Assembly: GCF_963921235.1 (NCBI RefSeq)
Contig: NC_086097.1
Location: 97,714,001-97,778,000 of the forward strand
DNA length: 64,000 nt
From: Mobula hypostoma
Taxonomy: Eukaryota
Reading direction: 5' to 3'
Position 1 is the stretch's first letter, and every line of letters starts with the position of its first letter. Positions 13,801-25,800 of this stretch are shown here, piece by piece. Below the pieces are notes generated by a model that saw only the letters and a program-made list of their open reading frames with translations, searched no databases and was not told the DNA's origin. The translations under genes and the position numbers were made by a program.

Positions 13801-16800
13801 AAATATTCCATAATGCCATTCTACATTAAACTTTACCATCATTTTTCAAGAAATGGAATTGAACAATCATCTAGCACAGCTGCTATGTCCAGGATCAAGA
13901 ACGTTTAAGTCATCGCATTTTTCTATCAATGGAAATTGTAGCAACACACACAAAATGCTGGTGGAACTCAGCAGGCCAGACAGCATCCATAGGAAGAAGC
14001 ACAGTCAACGTTTCAGGCTGAGACCCTTCGTCAGGACTAACTGAAAGCAGAGATAGTAAGAGATTTGAAAGGGGGAGGGGGAGGGGGAGATCTGAAATGA
14101 TAGGAGAAGACAGGAGGGGGAGGGATAGAGCCAAGAGCTGGACAGGTGATAGGCAAAAGGGATACAAGGCTGGAGAAGGGAGAGGATCATGGGACGGGAA
14201 GCCTAGGGAGAAAGAAAGGGGGAGGGGAGCACCAGAGGAAGATGGAGAACAGGCAAGGAGTAATTGTGAGAGAGACAGAGAGAGAATGAATGAATGAATG
14301 AATAAATAAATCAATAAAGGATGGTGTAAGAACGGGAGGAGGGGCATTAACGGAAGTTAGAAAAGTGGATGTTCATGCCAGCAGATTGGAGGCTACCCAG
14401 ACGGAATATAAGGTGTTGTTCCTCCAACCTGAGCACGGCTTCATCTTGACAGTAGAGGAAGCCGTGGATAGACATGTCAGAATGGGACGTGGAATTAAAA
14501 TGTGTGGCCACTGTGAGATCCTGCTTTCTCTGGCAGACAGAGCGTAGGTGTTCAGCTAAACGGTCTCCCAGTCTGCGTCGGGTCTCGCCAGTATATAGAA
14601 GGCCGCATCGGGAGCACCGGATGCAGTATATCACCCCAGCCGACTCACAGGTGAAGTGTCGCCTCACCTGGAAGGACTGTCTGGGGCCCTGAATGGTGGT
14701 GAGGGAGGACGTGTAAGGGCAAGGGCTCTCCCACCCCCCACCGATGACCCCTTCTCCCGTCTTCAACCCTCCTCCTCTTCATGGACAACCCGCCCTGGTC
14801 TTCTGCCTGCTCTGGATCTTTTTATTGCTAACTGCCGACGGGACATCAACCGTCTCAACTTCACCGCACCTTGTTCCAATTCCAACCTCACTCCTTCCGA
14901 ACACTCCACTCTCCACTCCCTCCGCACCAATCCTAACCTTACTATAAAACCCGCTGATAAGGGGGGCGCTGTTGTTGTCTGGCGTACTGACCTCTACCTT
15001 GTCGAGGGAGAGCGTCAACTCGCTGATGCCTCCTCTTATTTACCCCCTCGATCATGACCCTACCAAGGAGCACCAGGCCACTGTTTCCTACACCATCACC
15101 AACCTTATCAGCTCTGGGGATCTCCCATCCACTGCCACCAACCTCATGGTTCCCACACCCCGCACTTCCCATTTCTACCTCCTACCCAAGATCCACAAAC
15201 CTGCCTGTCCAGGTAGACCCATTGTCTCAGCTTGCTCCTGCCCCACTGAACTCATTTCTGCATACCTCGACACGGTTTTATCCCCCCTTGTTCAGTCCCT
15301 TCCCACCTAGGTTCGTGACACTTCTCACACTCTGGATTTTTTCAATGATTTTAAGTTCCCTGGCCCCCACCGTCTTATTTTCACCATGGATGTCTAGTCC
15401 CTATATACCTCCATCCCCCACCAGGAAGATCTCAAAGCTCTCCGCTTCTTCTTGGATTCCAGTTCACCTCTACCACCACTCTGCTCCGTCTAGTGGAATT
15501 AGTCCTTACTCTTTTTTTATATAATATAATTTTTATTGAGTTTTCAAAAAGAATACATGAAAAGGTAAAATCTACCCTCCCCCCTCCCCTTAACCCTCTC
15601 CCCCCCCATATATAGTCCTACCTAAAAAGAAAGAAGAGAAAAAGAAAAGAAGAACCGCCTGGTTATTGGAAGGTTTCCACATGCTCCATGGGATTCAAAA
15701 TAAATTTGGTATAATTATTCGTTACTTTCCCCAAGGGACCAAGATCTTTATCGGAGCACTTAAATATGCCATCCTATCTTTTGTAAATAAGGGCGCCAAA
15801 TATTCAAAAATGTTACATATTTATCTCTTAAATTATAAGTAATTTTTTCGAGTGGAATAGAACTAGCCATTTCATTATTCCAATGATCCATACTTAAATA
15901 CGAATCAGATTTCCAAGTAACTACTATAGTCTTCTTAGCTACTGCCAATGCAATTTTTATAAATTCTTTCTGATATTTATTCAATTTAAGTTTCGGTTTT
16001 ATCCCTTCAATATGACCTAATAGAAATAATACAGGGTTATGTGGAAGTTGAGTTCCAGTAATTTGTTCCAATAAGACTCTTAAATTTATCCAAAAGGGTT
16101 GAATTTTAAAACAAGACCAAGTAGAATGTAAAAAAGTACCAATTTCTTGATTACACCGAGAGCATTTATCGGATAGATTTGAATTTAATCTATTTATTTT
16201 TTGTGGTGTAATATATAATTGGTGTAAAAAATTATATTGTACTAATCTAAGTCGAACATTTATTGTATTTGTCATACTGTCAAGACAGAGTCTTGACCAA
16301 TTTGTTTCATCAATATTAATATTCAGATCTGTTTCCCATTTTTGCTTTGACTTATAGATTCCTTGTTTAATTGTCTGTTCTTGAATCAAATTATACATAC
16401 AAGAAATAAATTATTTAATTTTCCCTTTTTGAATTAAAGTTTCAATTTCATTAGGTTTTGGCAAAAACATTGTTTGACCCAGCTTACCTTTTAAGTAAAC
16501 CCTTAATTGAAGGTAACAAAAGAAAATATTATTTGATATTTTATATTTATCCTTTAATTGTTCAAATGACATCAATGTACCTCGTTCATAACAATCTCCT
16601 ATAAATTTAATCCCTTTTTGGTACCAATTATATAAAAGTTGATTGTCCATTGTAAAAGGAATAAGTCTGTTTTGGAACAAAGGTCTCCTTGCTAATAGAG
16701 ATTTCTGTGTTTCATTATCAACATTTATCTTATTCTATAGATCAATCAAATGTGTTACTATAGGAGATTGTTTCTTTTCCCGTATCCATTTAGATTCCCA

Positions 16801-19800
16801 TTTATATATAAAATCTTCAGGTCTATTTTCTCCTATCTTGTCTAATTCTATTTTAATCCATGCTGGTTTTCGATCATCGAAGAAAGATGCAATAAATCTA
16901 AGTTGATTTGCTTTATAATAATTTTTAAAGTTTGGAAGTTGTAACCCTCCTAACCCAAATTTACATGTCAATTTTTCCAATGATATTCTTGACATTTTAC
17001 CTTTCCAAAGAAATTTTCTCACACATTTATTTAACTCTTGAAAAAATTTCTGTGGCAATTGTATTGGTAATGTTTGAAACAAATACTGTAATCTAGGAAA
17101 TATATTCATTTTTACAACATTGACTCTACCTACTAATGTTATTAGTAGTATCATCCATTTGTCAAAATCTTCTTGAATTTTTTTCAATAATGGTAAATAA
17201 TTAAATTTATATAAATTCTTTACATCATTATCAAGTCTTATACCTAAGTACTTTATACCATTTACCGGCCATCTAAATTGGGTTACTAATCGACATTGAC
17301 TATAGTCTCCTTTAGTAAGAGGTAAAATTTCACTTTTATCCCAATTTATTTTGTAACCTGATACCTTCCCATATTCATCCAATCTAGAAGATAATTTATG
17401 TAACGAATGTTGTGGGTTTGTTAAGTAAATCAAAACATCATCGGCAAAAAGATTAATTTTATATTCCTCCTGATTAACTCTAAAACCCATAATATCTGGA
17501 TCAATTCTGATTAGTTCTGCTAATGGCTCTATCGCCAGTAGAAATAAAGCAGGTGATAATGGACAACCTTGTCTAGTTGACCTTTTTAACTGGAATGGTG
17601 TTGAAATTTGAGAGTTTGTCACTACTTTAGCCTTAGGGTTAGAATTTGAAGTTTTAATCCAATTTATAAAAGATGTCCCTAACCCATATTTTTCTAATAA
17701 TAATAATAATAATAATAAAAAATCCCATTCTAATCTATCAAATGCTTTTTCTGCATCCAAGGCTACTACTATACTCTTCTCGTCCCTTTTTTGTGCCAAA
17801 TGAATTATACTGAGTAGCCGGGTTCCATTATCTGCCAATTGTCTATTTTTAATAAATCCTGTTTGATCCATATGTATTAATTTTGGTAAATATTTAGATA
17901 ATCTATTTGATAAAATTTTTGCTATTATTTTATAATCCGTATTCAATAGAGAAATAGGCCTGTATGATGTTGGTTTCATAGGGTCTCTGTCTTTTTTTGG
18001 CAATACTATTACAATCGCTGTTGAAAAAGATTCTGGGAGTTTATGTGTTTTTTCTGCTTGACGTATTAGTTCCATAAAGAGAGGAAATAATAAATCTTTA
18101 AATTTTTTATAAAATTCAGGTGGAAAACCACCTTCTCCTGGAGATTTATTACTTTGGAGTGATCCTAAAGCTTCTTCAACTTCTTTTAATGTAAAAGGCA
18201 TATCTAATCCCTTCTGTTCTTCCAAATTCAATTTTGGAAGAGATACTTGTGATAAAAACCTTTCTATCTCATTAACATCATTTTGTGATTCTGATTGATA
18301 TAATCCAGCATAGAAACTTTTAAAGGTTTCATTTATTTCAAAAGGTTTATAAGATATTTTATTTGCCCTTGTTCTAATTGCATTTATTGTTTTGGAAGCT
18401 TGTTCTGTTTTCAACTGCCAGGCAAGAATTTTATGTGCTCTCTCACCTAACTCATAATACCTTTGTTTAGTTCTTATAATTGCTTCTTCGATTCTATATG
18501 TCTGAAGCGTATTATATTGTAACTTCTTATTGACAAGTTGCCTTCGTTTTTCTTCTGACATAGATCTTTGAGATTCTTTTTCTAATTTTGTAATCTCTTT
18601 TTCCAATTGATCTAGTTCTGCCATATATTCTTCCTTAATTTTAGACGTATAACTTATTATCTGGCCCCTAAGATGTGCTTTCATCGCATCCCATAATATA
18701 AATTTATCATCCACTGAATAAAAATTTGTATCCAAAAAAAATTGAATCTGCTTTTTCATAAAATCACAAAAATCTTGACGTTTTAATAATGTTGAATTAA
18801 ATCTCCATCTATAAGCCACTTCTTCCTTATCAGCCATTATTATTGTCATTAATAAAGGAGAATGCTCTGATAATATTCTTGCTTTATATTCCATATTTTT
18901 CACTCTGTGTTGAATATGCATTGATAATAGGAAAAAATCTATCCTTAATTAAGTTTTATGTCTATGAGAATAGAACGAATAGTCTCTTTCTTTAGGATTG
19001 ATTCTTCTCCATATATCAATCAAATTTAAATCTTTCATCAATGATAAAGTTAAATTTACTACCTTCGATTTTATAACAGCCTTAGTTGATCTATCTAAGA
19101 CAGGGTCTAAGCAAAAATTAAAGTCTCCTCCAATTAATATTTTGTCATGTGCATCCGCCAAATTCAAAAAAGCTTCCTGTATGAATTTTGCATCATTTTC
19201 GTTTGGTGCATAAATATTCATAAAAGTCCATAGTTCAGAGAAAAGTTGACAATGTATAATCACATATCTCCCCGCAGAGTCAGTTATTACATTTTGTATT
19301 CTAATTGGTAATGTTTTATTGATCAAAATTGCTACTCCCCTCGCTTTTGAATTAAATGAAGCCGCAACAACACTACCCACCCAATCTCTCTTTAGTTTCT
19401 GATGTTCTGTTTCTGTTAGGTGCGTTTCCTGTAAAAAAGCTAAATCTATCTTCATTTTTTTAATATGTGTTAAGATTCTTTTTCTTTTCACTGGTCCATT
19501 AAGCCCGTTAACATTAAAACTCAAAAAATTCAATAAATTAGCCATTATTCTTAACAAAGTTACTCCAATCTAAAACATTCTCAACATCTTCTCAACTCTC
19601 ATAGTTTCTTGGGGAATCTCTTTGAATTTCACCATGTTGCTATGTGTTTCCCTCCCAACCCTCCAGGCAAAAAGAAAAAAAAATAGAAAGGATACAAAAA
19701 AAGAAAAAACAAAATACCCCCCCCACTAACGTTGTGAATGAAAAGATACACAACACTACCCCCCTCCATTTTACGGGTCGTGGCTAAAGCCACGCTTGCA

Positions 19801-22800
19801 CACATGATTAGCGTAGCAATTGGTCAGTGCTTCTTCCAGCTCCCCCGCAACAAAAAAAAATTATATATATATAGACAAAATTAATGTTACTATTCCCAAC
19901 TAATATTCCTCTAATTTTAATCTTTCTTACCCCCTTCGTATAATTAATAATATATTTATACATTCATCCACCTTCAAAAATCCAACAAGTCCATTCTTTG
20001 ACCCAATCTTCATCTTCAATCTATCTCGCTCCCCTGGATTTGTTCTTGTATCTGGTGAATATTCAGAGAATCTCGCACAAACTGCTCCGCTTTCCGGTAG
20101 TCATCAAAAAATCTTTTTTCTCCACCAGGCAAAAAAATCTTCAAGGTTGCAGGATAACGCAATATAAATTGATAACCGTGATCCCATAGGGTTTTTTTCA
20201 CTGGATTAAGTTTCTTCCTTCTCTTCAAAAGTTCATAACTTATATCAGGGTAGAAAAAAACTTTGTTCCCTTGAATCATCAATGGCCCTTTTCTATCCTT
20301 GGCAGCTTGACCAGCTGCCTGTAGAATCCTTTCCTTGTCTTGAAATCTTAAGAATTTTATTAAAATCGATCGTGGAGGTCATCTTTTGGTTTTGGTCTTA
20401 GAGCTCTATGTGCCCGCTCAATTTCAATTGGTCGAACCTCCTCTTCCATTTGCAAAACTTCCGGGATCCATCTTTGAAAAAATTCTATTGGTTTTTCTCC
20501 CTCCATACCTTCTTCAAGAGCAACAATTTTAATATTATTACGTCTACTGAAATTTTCTTTTGTTGCGGTTTAGGAGGCATATCGTAAAGTAGTCTTGCAA
20601 AGTTTATAAATAGTTTTCGGAAAGTATTTATTAACTTTGTTTTGTTTAAACGGTACTTTGCTAATTTTTTAGGGGAGAGCTGGATTTACACGTCTCAATC
20701 CCACGTCATCACGTGACACCCTAGTCCTTACTCTTAATAATTTCTCCTTTGGCTCCTCCCACTTCCTCCAAACTGAAGGTGTAGCCTTGGGCACCTGTAT
20801 GGGTCCCAGCTATGCCTTCCTTTTGGTTTGCTTCGTGGAACAGTCCATGTTCCAAGCCTATACTGGTATCCGTCCCCCACTTTTCCTTCGCTGCATTGGC
20901 GCTGCTTCCTGCACGCATGCTGAGCTCGTTGATTTAATTAACTTTGCCTCCAATTTTCACCCTGCCCTCAAATTTACCTGGTCCATTTCCGACACCTCCC
21001 TCCCCTTTCTTGATCTTTCTGTCTCTGTCTCTGGAGACAGCTTATCTACTGATGTCTACTATAAGCCTACGGACTCTCACAGCTACCTGGAGTATTCCGC
21101 TTCCCACCCTGTCTCTTGCAAAAATGCCATCCCCTTCTCGCAATTCCTCTGTCTCCGCCGCATCTGCTCTCAGGATGAGGCTTTTCATTCCAGGACGAAG
21201 GAGATGTCTTCCTTTTTTAAAGAAAAGGGCTTCCCTTCCTCCACCATCAACTCTGCTCTCAAACACATCTCTCCCGTTTCACACACATCTGCTTTCACCT
21301 CATCCTCCCGCCACCCCACGAGGGAGAGGGTTCCCCTTGACCTCACCTACCCTCCTGCCTTCTGCTATCATTTCAGATCTCCTCCTCCCCCTCCCACTTT
21401 CAAATCTCTTACTATCTCTTCTTTCAGTTAGTCCTGACAAGGGGTCTGGGCCTGAAACTTCGACTGTACCTCTTCCTATAGATGCTGCCTGGCCTGCTGC
21501 ATTCACCAGCATTTTGTGTGTGTTGCTTGAATTTCCAGCATCTGCAGATTTCCACATGTTTGTGAATGGAAATTGTACAAGGCTACACTTTACATCTGAT
21601 TAACATCTAATGAAGTGATACTGTGAGGCAACATTGAATTTTGGCATCTTTTGACTATGTTCTTTTGTTCCCTTTATTTCTCTAACATCTTTCCCCTAAC
21701 TTTTTAGGTGTGCACTTGTCATATTTATGAAAGTAGGAGGATGTAGAAAGAAGTCTCAAGAGATTCTGAGATACTGGAAATCTTGAGCAACACACACAAA
21801 ATTCCTTAGGGCAATTTATGTAAATGTGGAAACAAGTTCAAAAATGAAGTGGTACATGTATGTTTAGTACAAGTGGGAGTGTGATGGATTATATGGGCTG
21901 AAGAGCCGGTTTGCATGCTGTATGCATGCTGTATCATTTTGTCTGATGCCTAGTATAATTTTTCCACTTAGGGCAATTAAGATGAGCTATTTGATATAAT
22001 GTACCCATTATATTATCAAATTGCTGTTTGCATCTGCAATGTGACACATTCTGGCTCATTTTTTAGACATATTTACAAGTTTCAATTTAAATGGCAAAGA
22101 TGCAAGATAATATTTGGGTTGTTTATCTCCTTCAGATATCTTTCCATTGTTCCTGTTAAGGCTGATTTATACTTGTGCGTACTAGCTTGCGCCTACGCAA
22201 GTGGGCTACGCTGTTGTGAGCATTTATACTTGTGTGTTGGTGTGTTTGCGTCACTCTGCAATTCACCGCCAAAACGCTAGTTGGCAGTGGGGTTTCTATG
22301 CCACTGTGTTGAGTTTCTTCGTGTGTTGAAACTCAAACTTCAAACAATGGCAACTGAAACTGAAGGAGGGTGAATTTTCTGTGCTTGTCCAGCCACTGAG
22401 AGACATGGACGAGGAAATGCATTTCAAATATTTTCAGATGTTGGCAGGTAGATTTGACGATTTGGTTCATCATCTCCAACCATTTATTTTGCATCAGTGT
22501 ACGCACAGTATATTCAGAGACTGGCAATCACCATTTGAGTTTTAGCTTCAGGTGAAAATCAACAGGTTGTAGCAGCTAGCTATAAACTGGCGTCAAGCAC
22601 AGGGTCATCCATAATTTCAGAGGTCTGTAAAGCTTTATAGAAAGCATTGCAGCCAGAGTTCCTTCCCTGTTCTTCAGTCACCCAATGGGAAGCTATGGCA
22701 GCATAGGAGGAAATGCGATGCTACCAAGCAGACCAATCACAGTTGGTTGGTCTGTGTCGCCACGACGCGTAGTTACATTTTGGGAGAAGTGCACGTTAGG

Positions 22801-25800
22801 CTACAGCGTAGGGTTCGGTGTAGAGTACAACATAGGGCACGCCGCTACGCCGTACCTACGGCGTACATTTGACGCACAAGAATAGATCAGCCTTTACAGT
22901 ATGACTGCCTCTTTGTAGTCCCATGGTTAATGTTTGGTCTAGAATATTTGGGGTGACAGGATGGAGAAACATCTCTGCCAAAGCAGGTGTAAAGCGCTCC
23001 TTCCCTCCACTAGCCACCGGTCACCCTAGGGCAAGGTATAGCACCTACTTAGCACGCCCACCGCCTCCCGAATCCCGAATCAGGGTCGCATGAAGCCACA
23101 GGAGCCGGTGGTGGATGGTGTCTGAGCAGTTGGTGCAGGTCACAAGTCCTGGTTATTTGACCACTGATGCCAGGTAGATAATCTCTGAAGAGTATTGAAA
23201 ATGGCTGGGGTCACCCGTCTTGTAAAGACACTGCCCAGAAGAAGGCAATGACAAATCACTTCTGTAGAAAAATTTGCCAAGAACAGTGATGGTCACAACA
23301 GGTGGAAGAGCATGATCCCTCACGTCATACGACATGGCACTTAATGATGACGATGATGATGACTAGGATACTTAAATAGTAAATGGAGAGGCAAGTGCTC
23401 CAATTGCAAAGTTGTCTGTTATTGTATGAGAACTGCCCTAAGATCACAAGGATATATTTTCCTTAACAGAGAGATCAGTAACTGAGGTGGGGGGATAAAG
23501 ATTTAAGGTCTAAAGAGAACTGAGGGCACTCAGAGTATTGGGTGTCTGGAAATTTTCTGGAACATTTGAAATCAGGATCAGGTTAGTATCATTGTATATA
23601 ATGTGAAATATGTCGTTTTGTGACAGAAGTACACTGCAAAGACACAAAATTACTGTAAATTGCAGAATAAATATATAGTATAAAAAAAGGAATAAAGATT
23701 TCATGGACTATTCAGAAATCTATGGCATAGGAGAAGAAGATGTTTCTGACCCATTCAGAGCCTCCCCAATGCTAGTAATGAGGTGGTGTAGGTCCTTAAT
23801 GATCGATGCCAGCTTCTTGAGACTGTTCTCTTGTGCCCATATTGGAACTGGCTGAGTCTACAGCCAACCCTCTGCAGCCCCTTGTGATCCTGTGCTTTGG
23901 AGCCTCCAGACTAGGCTGTTATGTAACCTTACAGAATGCTCTCCACCACAATACATGTATAGAATACATGCAAGAGTATTTGGTGACATAGTAAATCTTC
24001 CCAAGCTCCTAACAAAGTAGAGAGGCTGGCATGCCGCCTTCGTAATTGCATCAATATGTGGGGCCCAGAAAAGATCCTCCAAAAGGTTGACACCCAGGGC
24101 TTAAAGCTTTCCACCATTGCCTCTTGAGTGAGAACTAGGGTGTGTTTTTCCAACTAGTATGTCTTTGCAATTATATTTTCTTATATCAGGGAGCATTTTG
24201 GTGAATCTTTTTTGTACCTTTTCTAAAGCCTTAATACAGACATCCCACCTCTCCCGGGAGTCTCCCGCATATTAATAGTCGCTCCCTGATAAACGCAAAT
24301 TATATACAATATCACAGAAATCAATTTTTTTGAGAGCGAGCGAGAGAAAAGCAAGAGAGTGCACGCGCGCGCGACAGAGAGAACAAGAGAGAAAGCAAGT
24401 GAGAGCGAAGGCAAGCGAATGCACGAGCGACCACGAGAGAGAGAGCGCGCCATTACAGAGTGTTCCAAAAAAAAACGTACGTCACCCCAGACTACACTAA
24501 AGTGTACCCCTGCCTAATAGGGGTCAAAATAATGACAGTATTGCTCGCTGCACTGTTTGTACCAATGACTTTTCTATTGCCCTTGGTGGGTTAGGACTGT
24601 AAAAGACATGTTGAGGTGAGTTTAACAGGTGTCATTCATTCATTAGCATAGCTAACATTATTTAAACTAGCTGGCCAGCTGCTAAGGAGCTACGCTATAG
24701 CAGACATCCCACCTCTCCCGGAAGTCTCCCGCAAATTGATGGTGCTACCTCCCTGAAATGAATTTTTGCAGGGTGGGATGTCTGTTAATAGGCTATCTTT
24801 AGTGGAAATCCATACCACCCTGTTATTGTTGTGGCTAGCGTTCTTTGAAGTTGTTGAAGAGTAATCCTTCCTCCTTGTTCATTTTTCTGCTATTTGATTA
24901 ATGTACTATAATGATGCCAAGATGTGTTGCAAGCAATCTCCATCTAAGTGGAAAATGCCTAAAGAAGCTAGCTTTGAATAGACAAAGGTGTATGGACATT
25001 TCATACACTCTCCCTGAAATAAAATTTTATACACTTCAGTGAATTTCATTTCCCTTTGTGTTTTAACAAGATTTTCAAGCTGAAAATGCTGCACCTGACA
25101 GAATCCATTGAGACCAAGATTCTTCTATCCACTTTTCATCAGAATCTTGATGCACATGCCCAGTCAATATAGAATAGCTAGCAATGAGTGCAAAGTGATT
25201 CTGAACTGTATAGGTAAAGCTGTATCACAATACAATAGAACTATTTAAAGCTTTGTTCAGAACTACTTAGTATTAAATATTTTCTCACTTACTTTGTCAT
25301 TTCTGAGCCTGTGCAGAAAGCTTCATCAGCCCCAATTTGCTTATTTTTGGCAGTGATGTTTATGGCAGAGTTTGTAACACTGTTACTTCTGACTCAGGAA
25401 TTCTCAGTTCAAGTCTTATTCCACAGATTGAGCAACAGTGATTACCACCTCGATGTTAAGGGAGCATTGCACTGTCAGTGCTGCCTTTTGATGTGATGTT
25501 AAATCAATCCATGATGTGCTATTTTTCAGGAAGGCATAAATGGTTCCATTGAATAATTTCAAAGGAAAATAGAGGCTGACCCCTAGTATTTATTGTTCAC
25601 CAGTTTTATTAAGACAGATCAACGATGTTTGAAGGTTGCTTCCTTTCCCCAAATTATGTTAAACCGTTTATTGTCCTTGAAGTATTTTGGAACGCTCTGT
25701 GAGAGTTGTAAAACATAGCAAGCATTTTTTTTTCTTTTCTAAAGACTTGCATGTTTATAACAATTTGATTAAAATCACCTTGAGTTGATTTTTGTTTTGC

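Larger units (their letters stand above)
15514..20721 (-). mobile_element. L1-clade LINE, complete ends, 14-bp TSD
   Basis: TSD TAGTCCTTACTCTT at 15500-15513 and 20722-20735; AATAAA plus short A tail at 3' end; TT/AAGA target site; ORF1 remnant and ORF2. Confidence 0.95.
13941..21564 (+). mobile_element. Penelope-like element with 5' inverted arm, interrupted by L1; 13-bp TSD
   Basis: TSD AATGGAAATTGTA at 13928-13940 and 21565-21577; inverted arm 13941-14721 with GIY-YIG on - strand; RT ([25 protein letters not shown]) at 14722-15513 and 20722-21350. Confidence 0.92.

Noticed and set aside
13910..14347. Leu/Ser/Pro-rich ORFs here and at 39273-39668, 41762-42300
   Set aside because: Alternative frames of the purine/pyrimidine-skewed PLE terminal repeat.
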